A DNA stretch of 40,250 nt from a virus. Its lineage: Duplodnaviria > Caudoviricetes. The stretch lies in the IMG/VR virus record IMGVR_UViG_3300014208_000018, positions 1-40,250 of that record. One strand, 5' to 3'. Below are positions 25,800 to 33,235 of the stretch, piece by piece; position 1 is the first letter of the stretch; each line of letters begins with the position of its first letter. Below the pieces are notes generated by a model. That model had not been told where the DNA came from. It saw only the letters and a list, made by a program, of their open reading frames with translations, and did no database searches. A program made the translations under genes and the position numbers.

Positions 25800-25949
25800 T
25801 TATTTTTTAAAAAATATTTTATGATATTTACTTAAAAATTCTATATTCAGTTTTAACAATTTTATTTCTTTATACTTTAATTCTAATTGTTCTTTTAACT
25901 TTTTAATTAATCGTTCCTGTTGTTCTATTATTTTTTCATCTATTGTCAT
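25800..25949 (-). CDS. 49-aa coiled-coil protein (not in ORF track)
   Basis: Manual translation MTIDEKIIEQQERLIKKLKEQLELKYKEIKLLK... fills the gap between neighbouring genes. Confidence 0.5.
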   Translation of the reverse strand: MTIDEKIIEQQERLIKKLKEQLELKYKEIKLLKLNIEFLSKYHKIFFKK

Positions 25950-25954
25950 ATGTT

Positions 25955-26491
25955 TTAATTATCACTTACTGTTTTACTTCTAAATTGATCACCTTGTTTT
26001 ACTCTAATCGCGGATTGAATAAATCCAACCATCTTATCTGTAGCCGCCAATAAATTTTCCATATTATTTTTTCCGTATTCCATTTGAGTGACTATTTCAT
26101 CCAATTCTATTACTTGAAGTTTTGCTCTGGCTTTGGCTACAGTAATTTTTTCCGTATCCGGATATTCATCCAATGATATCCTGGCCATTGTCTCATCTCT
26201 TTTTTGCTGGTAAACATCGCGTTGAGCGCGCGCGTAGGCTGTTTTATTGCCTAAGTAGGCATAAATAGCCGTTAATTTGCCACCGGTGTTAATAAGCCAT
26301 TGTAATCCCATAGTATCAAGATCCTTTTGAAACATCTCATGTCCGATTTTAAAAACAAAATCAATCATTGAATCACTATTTCTAAATTCTTCTAAACTTT
26401 GTATATTTGCCATGGCCTTTTCTGCCTTGGTCCTAAATTTATACATTGCACTTTCTTCTGGATGATTTGATATTTTATTTTGTTCGTCCAT
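25955..26491 (-). CDS. Helical protein in the recombination cluster
   Basis: All-helical ORF next to the SSB and exonuclease genes; function not assignable. Confidence 0.55.
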   Translation of the reverse strand: MDEQNKISNHPEESAMYKFRTKAEKAMANIQSLEEFRNSDSMIDFVFKIGHEMFQKDLDTMGLQWLINTGGKLTAIYAYLGNKTAYARAQRDVYQQKRDETMARISLDEYPDTEKITVAKARAKLQVIELDEIVTQMEYGKNNMENLLAATDKMVGFIQSAIRVKQGDQFRSKTVSDN

Positions 26492-26495
26492 ATTT

Positions 26496-26714
26496 TTATT
26501 TTTTAATATTTAAAATACTAAGTAAAATATCGTAAATTGGTCTTTTTGTATTTTCTTGATAATATTTATTTTTCATTATATTTATATAATGTTCTTGACC
26601 ATTTATCATGATATTTCCAGAGTAATAAGTATTGCCATTTTTAGATTTTTTTTCCCATAATGCACCTATTTTTAAATCTTTATAACTTAATTTACTTTCT
26701 TTTTTATTTTCCAT
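26496..26714 (-). CDS. DUF736-like single-stranded DNA-binding protein
   Basis: IGALWEKKSKNGNTYYSG...KRPIYDI. Confidence 0.7.
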   Translation of the reverse strand: MENKKESKLSYKDLKIGALWEKKSKNGNTYYSGNIMINGQEHYINIMKNKYYQENTKRPIYDILLSILNIKK

Positions 26715-26733
26715 AATATTATAAAATTATAAT

Positions 26734-27645
26734 CTACCAATTTTCTTTTTGATAAAATGGGTCAGTATCTTTATCCCATGCGAATAATGCTTTAACATTT
26801 AAAAATGCATCCATATCCCTTTTAATAAAATCTTTTCCATTATCGAGGAACTTTGCTTCAAAAACTTGATATGGTTTAATTGGATATTCTTTGCATTCTT
26901 TGTTTTGAAATTTTGCAATCGCGCGCTTTATCTCTTTTTTGCGTTCTTCTCGTTTCAGGTATTCTGATTCACTATATTTTGAAAGTCTTATGGCCCATCT
27001 GCCTTTGTATTTTTTCTTTGTATTTTCTTCCATATCAGCGTACGCATAAGCCGCCGTTTGCATTCTTACCCCGTTATATAATCCATTTGATGATTTAAAG
27101 TCTCCCATGCATAGTATTCCATCAATCTCTGCTTCAAAATCCATCGTACCCATATAATCGTGTTCCTTTGAATAAACTACTCTTTCGGTTGATATAAATT
27201 TAACCTTATGTTCTTTTTCCCATTCAAGAAATGAGTTTACTCCAGTTACTGCTTCTGGAAAGTTAGGTATTTCTGGAACGTTTTCAAATCCTGGCTGTTT
27301 AAGTTTATTCCTAATGTATGCCTCACACCATGCGTGTATTTCTTTTCCGATATCTGCGGCAGTATCTCTCGCGATATCACATTGAATAATTGCCTCAATT
27401 GCCTTATCTGAATCAATCTTTTGTTTTTTATCAAGTGCGTTTAGTAAAAAGTCGGCCGTGATCTGTTGTTGCCATATTTGAAGTGCTTTGCTTTTGTCTT
27501 TAATTCCAATGAATGTTGTTACTCCTGATTTTCTTTTAAATGGAGATCCGTCTATACTTATCCAATATTGATGTGATATTGGATAAAATCTAATTTGAAC
27601 TTTTCCTTTATATAAAGTGCTTGTTTCGTATTTTGATTCTTCCAT
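26734..27645 (-). CDS. PD-(D/E)XK exonuclease (lambda-exo/Cas4-like)
   Basis: GVTT, G-x-x-IH, E-x-x-VYS...Y-x-GT-x-D, DFKSS and Q-x-AAY motifs. Confidence 0.85.
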   Translation of the reverse strand: MEESKYETSTLYKGKVQIRFYPISHQYWISIDGSPFKRKSGVTTFIGIKDKSKALQIWQQQITADFLLNALDKKQKIDSDKAIEAIIQCDIARDTAADIGKEIHAWCEAYIRNKLKQPGFENVPEIPNFPEAVTGVNSFLEWEKEHKVKFISTERVVYSKEHDYMGTMDFEAEIDGILCMGDFKSSNGLYNGVRMQTAAYAYADMEENTKKKYKGRWAIRLSKYSESEYLKREERKKEIKRAIAKFQNKECKEYPIKPYQVFEAKFLDNGKDFIKRDMDAFLNVKALFAWDKDTDPFYQKENW

Positions 27646-27688
27646 ATTTTTATTCGTTTATTTTTATTAAATTTTTAACTTTTACTTT

Positions 27689-27952
27689 TTATGCTTCTGC
27701 TATAGAACCGTTGTCAATTATTAATTTTTCCATCATTTTTGATTGACTTAATTCCTGCGTTTTAATTCTTGCTCCGAATTCCATTAACATAAAATATAAT
27801 TCATTCCCTATAAGTTTTGTAACTAAAATTTCAATTGTTTCTATCTTTGTTACTTTATTCATTGCTTCATTTAAGATAAGAAGTAATTGTTCGGCTCTCT
27901 CTCTTGAAATTCCAAGAGATTCTATTAATGTTTGTGGTCTTAATTCTACCAT
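27689..27952 (-). CDS. Hypothetical protein
   Basis: Packed ORF on the coding strand. Confidence 0.5.
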   Translation of the reverse strand: MVELRPQTLIESLGISRERAEQLLLILNEAMNKVTKIETIEILVTKLIGNELYFMLMEFGARIKTQELSQSKMMEKLIIDNGSIAEA

Positions 27953-27955
27953 ATT

Positions 27956-28792
27956 TTATTTTAAATTTTTATAAGTATTTTGACATGTCCGGCAAAGTTG
28001 TTTCTTGTATACGCGCTTACTAAATTCAGCCTCTGCTTTAGTCATGGGGTTTCCGCATTCGTGGCACTCTGCCTCAATTTCAATTTCTGGCGGATTATTT
28101 TTAATTTTTTCTTCCTGATTATGTGTTGCACCTGTTTTGTCTGTCCGGTTATCATTTTTTACCACCACTCCTACATCTCTGAATTCTCGTTTTCCATAGA
28201 TATCTGATGCTATTCCAAGCATACTGGCGCATTTTTTCATTGCATCAGTCGCCGAAGCTTTAAAATCATTTCCGACATCAAGATAATTTTCCGGATTATG
28301 CGGTTTACCTTTAAGACATTTAATATCGGCGCGACCATTTTGTGTCTTGGTAACTGATTGACCTGTTCCGTCTTTAACTGTAAGTTTTCCGAGTGTAATA
28401 ACTTGTTCTCCGATTATTTCTTGCTTGATAATTTCAAAATCCCAATTCCAACCAAATGCATAATTAAGAACTTTTTCAACATATCCTCCCGGCACATAAT
28501 CCCATGTTCCTCCGCCTTTGGCCGGCCGGGTATAAATAAATTCTTTAGGTGTGCGCTGTAAAATTTTAAGGATCTGCTTTTCAGATAACCAAGTTTTAGC
28601 TATTGTATATTTTCCTTTATTGTCTTGAATGGGATCAAGTACTTGCGGACCGACAGTAGTTAATGATAATCCTTTATTTGACTGTGGCTGTTGGATAACA
28701 TGAACCTTTATGTTTACGTCCTGTTTTTTCTGTTGTCTTTTAACTGTTTTTTTAAATTGTTTTTTCTGTTTTCTCTGTTTTTTATTTTTCAT
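27956..28792 (-). CDS. Rad52/Rad22 (Sak-like) single-strand annealing protein with C-terminal Zn finger
   Basis: YV...V-x-x-x-LN-x-x-FG-x-x-W and K-x-x-ATDA-x-KK-x-A-x-x-LGI-x-x-D-x-Y; CHECG...LCRTCQ. Confidence 0.85.
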   Translation of the reverse strand: MKNKKQRKQKKQFKKTVKRQQKKQDVNIKVHVIQQPQSNKGLSLTTVGPQVLDPIQDNKGKYTIAKTWLSEKQILKILQRTPKEFIYTRPAKGGGTWDYVPGGYVEKVLNYAFGWNWDFEIIKQEIIGEQVITLGKLTVKDGTGQSVTKTQNGRADIKCLKGKPHNPENYLDVGNDFKASATDAMKKCASMLGIASDIYGKREFRDVGVVVKNDNRTDKTGATHNQEEKIKNNPPEIEIEAECHECGNPMTKAEAEFSKRVYKKQLCRTCQNTYKNLK

Positions 28793-28801
28793 ATTTAATT
28801 T

Positions 28802-28948
28802 TTAAACCGCTAAGGCTGAACAGAATACTGTTATAACTATGAGACATAAAATGAATAATATTCCTGCCCCAATAGTATCTTTTCTTTCGGCCTTTCTTAT
28901 GGATTCTTTATGGCAATCCATCGCCATTTTTACAAATTTCTTTTCCAT
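28802..28948 (-). CDS. 48-aa membrane protein (not in ORF track)
   Basis: MEKKFVKMAMDCHKESIRKAERKDTIGAGILFILCLIVITVFCSALAV. Confidence 0.55.
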   Translation of the reverse strand: MEKKFVKMAMDCHKESIRKAERKDTIGAGILFILCLIVITVFCSALAV

Positions 28949-28983
28949 ACATTTTAATTTTAATTAATTAATAAGTAACCTAT

Positions 28984-29532
28984 TTACAATTTATCATTAC
29001 TGCCTTTTTTGTCTACCCCCCTGCCAGTGGATAACTTTTTCTCTCTTTTTACATTAATTTTTACCTTATAAAGTCGATCATCAACCGCCACGTTAACGTC
29101 ATACTTTTCGCAATATTTATAAAGATGTTGATTGGTTATTGTGGCCAGTGCCAATGGAGAGTTAAATTCTTTTCTCACAAAATCTTTTACATTTTTTAAC
29201 CATTCCCCGAATTTTCCTGTCCCAGTTTCCCTTGCTTCAATTAATGGACATTGATAAAAATATAATTTCTTTTCTGGAAATGTTTTATCTTTAATTTTAA
29301 ATAGACAACCAATAATTCCAAATTGTTCAACCTGTATTTCTCCTCCATTTGAAACTAACAATGGATTAAGCGATTCTCCCTTTTTACAGATATGCCACTT
29401 AAATTTAGACCATTCCTTATCGTGTGGAAGTACTGGATAAAATTTATTTTTCCACGCTTCAACATATTTTTCTCCTGTTATTATTTTTATCCTTTTCATA
29501 TAATTTATTAAAATTAATTCTTTCTTCGGCAA
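28984..29532 (-). CDS. Hypothetical protein, possibly GNAT-like
   Basis: EARETGTGKFGEWL...TITN-x-x-L resembles GNAT motif A/B; weak. Confidence 0.4.
   Translation of the reverse strand: MPKKELILINYMKRIKIITGEKYVEAWKNKFYPVLPHDKEWSKFKWHICKKGESLNPLLVSNGGEIQVEQFGIIGCLFKIKDKTFPEKKLYFYQCPLIEARETGTGKFGEWLKNVKDFVRKEFNSPLALATITNQHLYKYCEKYDVNVAVDDRLYKVKINVKREKKLSTGRGVDKKGSNDKL
28988..29034 (-). promoter_or_regulatory. Sigma70-like promoter with adjacent DnaA-like box, upstream of the recombination cluster
   Basis: TTATCCACT (29034-29026), 10 nt, then TAGACA-N16-TAAATT with TG extension. Confidence 0.45.
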
Positions 29533-30445
29533 TTTCGCAATACTTTTTATTTAATTCGATTCCAATGAAATTTTTACCAAGTCTTTGTGCAACTAATGCT
29601 GTTGTTCCACTTCCAATAAATGGATCTAAAACCACGCCACCATCAGGACATCCGGATTTTATTGGAGTTTCGACTAATCTCTCCGGAAATGTTGCAAAGT
29701 GTGCGCCACTAAATGGCCTTGTTGCTATATTCCAAACACAGCGACGATTACGAATACGATTTCCTTCCGAATCTATTTGCCAACGTTCGTGACCGCGCGC
29801 GGCCATAGTATGAGGTTTACGGCCCGGCATTACTTCAGTATTATATTTTGGGCTACCTTTCATGATCGTATCTTTTCTGCCATCATAATTAGCCAAGTCA
29901 AATTGTTGTTTAAAATAATATTTACGATTTTTTGTGAAGAAAAATATCTTTTCAAAGTCCATAGTGAAACGATCTTTAACACTTTGAGGCATACAATTTG
30001 GTTTTTGCCATATTATCTCATTTCTAAGTATCCATCCCCTGTTAGTCATTTCGATCGCAAATCTCGCCGGTATCTGACAAAGTGATTTTTCTAATCCTTT
30101 AACTCCACTTTTTCCGCGCTCTTGCCAACCTTTATTAAATTGCGTACCTCGATTTGTCGCTTGTTTATTTTTCCTAATTCCAGATCCACTAGATGTTCCA
30201 TAAGTATCGCCAAGATTAACCCAGCACGTTCCAGTTGGTTTAAGTACACGTTTAACTTCATCAAATATTGAAAGTAATGACTCAAGATAAGCATAAAATG
30301 TCGGTTCATTTCCTAATTGACCTTTCATATTATAATCTCTTAAATTCCAATATGGCGGAGAAGTAACCACAGAATCAATACTGTCGGCCGGAAATGTTTT
30401 TAATATTTGCAATGCATTACCTTGAATTATTTTATTTAATTCCAT
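29459..30445 (-). CDS. Beta-class DNA methyltransferase (SPPY; probably N4-cytosine)
   Basis: VVTSPPY, IIWQKPN, HFATFP and VLDPFIGSGTT. Confidence 0.93.
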   Translation of the reverse strand: MELNKIIQGNALQILKTFPADSIDSVVTSPPYWNLRDYNMKGQLGNEPTFYAYLESLLSIFDEVKRVLKPTGTCWVNLGDTYGTSSGSGIRKNKQATNRGTQFNKGWQERGKSGVKGLEKSLCQIPARFAIEMTNRGWILRNEIIWQKPNCMPQSVKDRFTMDFEKIFFFTKNRKYYFKQQFDLANYDGRKDTIMKGSPKYNTEVMPGRKPHTMAARGHERWQIDSEGNRIRNRRCVWNIATRPFSGAHFATFPERLVETPIKSGCPDGGVVLDPFIGSGTTALVAQRLGKNFIGIELNKKYCEIAEERINFNKLYEKDKNNNRRKIC

Positions 30446-30450
30446 AATAA

Positions 30451-31302
30451 TTATTCAAATTTAGTAATTAAATCTTTTTCTTCTCCGCAAAATTCTTTCC
30501 ATTCTCCATCAATAATTACATATTTTTTACCATTTTTTTCAACTACTGGATTGCCATTATAATAAACTTTTTTCTTTTTTTCTTTTTCAAATCCGTTAGA
30601 TTGTTTAAATCCATCAATTGGGGTATCCAGAAACTTTGTCAGACCGCGCGATAAAAAATCCGGCAAAGTCCATTTATAACTCCAAAAGTATTGATCGCCG
30701 GTTAATACTTGTTTATATTTTGTGATCGCTATTTTAATGTCTCCTAAACTATAATCTTTTAGGGCGCTTTTAATCTTGGTTTTCATCTTATCTGTCAAAA
30801 CATTATGAGTAATTATTTTTTGTTCATTCCAAAATTTAAAGATTTCTTCAAAAAGGGGAGTCCCTATTAACCTATCCTTACCTAACCTATCCTTACCTAA
30901 CCTATGCGGACATTGGACGTCCATTTGTTGTCCACCAGTCAATTTCTTTGTATCAGCCCTTGGTTTTGCTTCTAAAACTTCTATTTCAGGAACTATTTGT
31001 AATAATAATTCTTTATAAATACTATCTATTTTTCGATCTGCTCTTATCAAGTTATGTTCACTCCAATCCATCACAAAAGCCACTAAATCTTCATTAAGTA
31101 TCTTAATAAAATTTTTAGAAACCAAAACCTTTAAATCATCCTCATTTGAATTCGTAAGTTTCATTACTTTAAAAGCTTCCACTACTCCATCGTCATCAGC
31201 ATTCATTCCAAGTTGAAAATATAATGCTTGCGAGGAAGGAGGCATTTTTAAAAATCTTCCACTTTCAGTAATTCTTTTTGAAAACATTCGTCTGTTCGCC
31301 AT
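30451..31302 (-). CDS. Phage replication initiator (replisome organiser type)
   Basis: MA-x-RRMFSK-x-I-x-x-S-x-x-FL-x-MP-x-S-x-QALYF-x-L-x-M-x-ADDDG-x-V N-terminus and a RLGKDRLGKDRL linker. Confidence 0.85.
   Translation of the reverse strand: MANRRMFSKRITESGRFLKMPPSSQALYFQLGMNADDDGVVEAFKVMKLTNSNEDDLKVLVSKNFIKILNEDLVAFVMDWSEHNLIRADRKIDSIYKELLLQIVPEIEVLEAKPRADTKKLTGGQQMDVQCPHRLGKDRLGKDRLIGTPLFEEIFKFWNEQKIITHNVLTDKMKTKIKSALKDYSLGDIKIAITKYKQVLTGDQYFWSYKWTLPDFLSRGLTKFLDTPIDGFKQSNGFEKEKKKKVYYNGNPVVEKNGKKYVIIDGEWKEFCGEEKDLITKFE
30868..30905. repeat. 15-bp tandem repeat (about 2.5 copies) inside the initiator gene; candidate origin iterons
   Basis: TAACCTATCCTTACC TAACCTATCCTTACC TAACCTAT. Confidence 0.7.
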
Positions 31303-31331
31303 AATTTTATATTTAATGATTAATTTTTTAG

Positions 31332-31392
31332 TGGCCCCAATTCGCGCGCGTAAGAAAATGTATGGTAAACTTTCTCCAGAGAATCGGGGCCA
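31332..31392 (-). promoter_or_regulatory. GC-rich stem-loop upstream of the initiator gene
   Basis: TGGCCCCGATTC/GAATTGGGGCCA 12-bp stem with an inner AGAAA/TTTCT stem. Confidence 0.55.
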
Positions 31393-31396
31393 TATT

Positions 31397-31687
31397 TTAA
31401 AAATAAATTAATTCTTCTGGCATTCCGCCTTCTATCATTCTTTCTCTAATAGCTTGACGTGCCTCCGGGCTTATTATTTTTGACAATAATCTTTGATTAC
31501 TTATGTCAAACATTGCGACTATATACATTAAATTATCTTGCACGTTTTTAATATCTTTAATTCTATCTATTTTTTCTTTTGAATAAGGAGTTCCATCTTC
31601 ATAAGTTTTCCAAATCTCAATTGCTTTTTGTTTTACTTCATTAAAAATTTCTTCTGTTGGTGGTGTGTAATATAATTCTGTTGTCAT
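31397..31687 (-). CDS. Hypothetical early protein
   Basis: Packed ORF on the coding strand. Confidence 0.6.
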   Translation of the reverse strand: MTTELYYTPPTEEIFNEVKQKAIEIWKTYEDGTPYSKEKIDRIKDIKNVQDNLMYIVAMFDISNQRLLSKIISPEARQAIRERMIEGGMPEELIYF

Positions 31688-31705
31688 AAAATTAAAAATT
31701 ATTAT

Positions 31706-31897
31706 TTAATGTAAAATTCCCCCAAGATTATTAAAATCTTCTTCGTCTCGATCATTCTCGCAGTCGGGACACAAAATTTCTCCATTTTCATTTTCAAGTT
31801 CCTTTAAATTAATATCATTTGGAACGGCCATTGGCCTTTTACATTGATCGCATAAAATATTTATTGCCATAAAATTATTAATTATCAAATTTCTCAA
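31706..31897 (-). CDS. Small zinc-finger early protein
   Basis: CDQC...LCPDC; true start is probably the internal MAINIL. Confidence 0.55.
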   Translation of the reverse strand: MRNLIINNFMAINILCDQCKRPMAVPNDINLKELENENGEILCPDCENDRDEEDFNNLGGILH

Positions 31898-32093
31898 AAG
31901 TTAATTTCCAATAACCTCTTTTATTTTCACCAATTAACTCTCCCTCTCTAAATCCTTCTTTGATTAATTCAGAGATGTGTTCTTCGTCTTGAAATGTTAA
32001 TTCGTCATCACTTTCCTTGTTTAATTCAATAATTTCTCTTGCTTGTTCTCCCTCTTCATTTTTTTGTTTTGCTAACTTTTCTAATGTTTCCAT
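31878..32093 (-). CDS. Small acidic early protein
   Basis: Glu-rich; EHI-x-x-LI-x-EG-x-x-EGEL...GYW. Confidence 0.6.
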   Translation of the reverse strand: METLEKLAKQKNEEGEQAREIIELNKESDDELTFQDEEHISELIKEGFREGELIGENKRGYWKLTFEKFDN

Positions 32094-32120
32094 ACAAAAC
32101 TTTTTTAAATTAATTAAAAT

Positions 32121-32152
32121 AAAAAAACCGTGCGGCGACTAATCCGTCGGTT
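32121..32152 (-). terminator. Terminator/attenuator hairpin after a 12-codon mini-ORF
   Basis: AACCG(A)CGG...CCG(CA)CGG followed by T7. Confidence 0.55.
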
Positions 32153-32195
32153 ATTTGTTGATTAAATTTATGTCCATACATTTTTGCATAATTAA

Positions 32196-32241
32196 ACTAT
32201 GCCACTTATATTTTTTAATGCTATCCTTTACCTGTGGATAA
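32196..32241 (-). promoter_or_regulatory. DnaA box plus putative promoter
   Basis: Perfect TTATCCACA (32241-32233), 9 nt, then TAGCAT-N16-CATAGT with TG extension. Confidence 0.45.
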
Positions 32242-32242
32242 C

Positions 32243-32413
32243 TTATGTGAGGGGGGAAGTACCCCTTATTTTTTTAAGTTCTCGATAATAAATTTCTTTT
32301 GTCCGCGATTCGCTTAAATTGAAAATGCGCGCCAAGTTTTTAAACGTGGTTTTCTTCTTCATTTCTACGAGATTTTTATTTCTTGAAATTTTTATTTTTG
32401 ATCCTATTGCCAT
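32243..32413 (-). CDS. 56-aa HTH DNA-binding protein, probably leaderless (not in ORF track)
   Basis: MAIGSKIKISRNKNLVEMKKKTTFKNLARIFNLSESRTKEIYYRELKKIRGTSPLT; HTH-like TFKNLARIFNLSESRTKEI. Confidence 0.7.
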   Translation of the reverse strand: MAIGSKIKISRNKNLVEMKKKTTFKNLARIFNLSESRTKEIYYRELKKIRGTSPLT

Positions 32414-32419
32414 AATCCA

Positions 32420-32447
32420 ATTATATAAAAATATGAAATATTGTCAA
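32420..32447 (-). promoter_or_regulatory. Consensus sigma70 early promoter
   Basis: TTGACA-N16-TATAAT, 6 nt before the ATG at 32413. Confidence 0.85.
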
Positions 32448-32456
32448 GGGGGTATA

Positions 32457-32500
32457 AATAAAAGAGAGGTAGTTTTTTATTTCTACATCTCTCTTTTATT
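32457..32500 (-). terminator. Terminator closing the late/lysis operon
   Basis: ATAAAAGAGAG..GTAG/CTAC.CTCTCTTTTAT inverted repeat between the holin gene and the early promoter. Confidence 0.7.
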
Positions 32501-32508
32501 TTTTTAAT

Positions 32509-32688
32509 TTAAGGTAATCTTAATCCGTATTTATGTTTTAAGAAATCACAAATTATCGTCAAGATTCCACCAACAGTTAATTGAGCAATCCAAGGAAAAT
32601 TTTGAATAAAACAACTAACTAAAACTGGTAATCCAAACAATACGAAGTACTTGATACCCTTGAGTAAAGTGATTTTAAATGAATACAT
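32509..32688 (-). CDS. 59-aa holin-like protein with two hydrophobic segments (not in ORF track)
   Basis: MYSFKITLLKGIKYFVLFGLPVLVSCFIQNFPWIAQLTVGGILTIICDFLKHKYGLRLP; directly after the amidase gene. Confidence 0.7.
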   Translation of the reverse strand: MYSFKITLLKGIKYFVLFGLPVLVSCFIQNFPWIAQLTVGGILTIICDFLKHKYGLRLP

Positions 32689-32707
32689 AATTTAAAAATT
32701 AAATTAA

Positions 32708-33223
32708 TTATATCTTGAAGACCTTTTTACAACTTGGGCAAGTAATAAATTTAACATTAACCAATCTTTCAATATTAACTAATCCTGGACAAGTTTTTCC
32801 GCCATTAATCCATCGATGAGGTATAATTTTAGTAAGATTTTTTTCTATTTTATTTCTTTGGCAAATATCTTCAATTAATTCTTGTCCGGCGTAGTACTGT
32901 TCAGCGGTAATATCTTTATCTCCAAATCCTTCAAAAGCCAAACCTATCGTATATAAATTGGGATTTATTTTTTTATCTTTTAAAAATTCCCATATTGGTT
33001 TTACAATCAATCCTGCATGCCAAGCGGCATTAATTTCGTTAACTACATTCCAAATCTTTCCTGTTTTATCAATTAAATAATGATAAGATGCTTTGCTTTC
33101 TTTATGAGTTATCCAAGAAAGTGTTCCCGGCATATTTCCCTCCGTGATATGAATCACACAAGCTTCTGGTCTATACTTCCCTCGGCTATAATAATTTGGG
33201 CTTTCTCTTTTTTCTATGATCAT
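32708..33223 (-). CDS. N-acetylmuramoyl-L-alanine amidase (Amidase_2 endolysin)
   Basis: VIHITEG, ASYHYLID, AWHAG, IIPHR and KTCPG motifs. Confidence 0.92.
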   Translation of the reverse strand: MIIEKRESPNYYSRGKYRPEACVIHITEGNMPGTLSWITHKESKASYHYLIDKTGKIWNVVNEINAAWHAGLIVKPIWEFLKDKKINPNLYTIGLAFEGFGDKDITAEQYYAGQELIEDICQRNKIEKNLTKIIPHRWINGGKTCPGLVNIERLVNVKFITCPSCKKVFKI

Positions 33224-33235
33224 AATATTATTATA

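Noticed and set aside
26734-27645. Cas4 as part of a CRISPR system
   Set aside because: No cas genes or array, no four-Cys cluster, and it sits beside an annealase and SSB, so it is a recombination exonuclease.
30868-30905. 15-bp repeat as a novel element
   Set aside because: Short repeats in the linker of phage replication initiators are common; recorded as a feature only.
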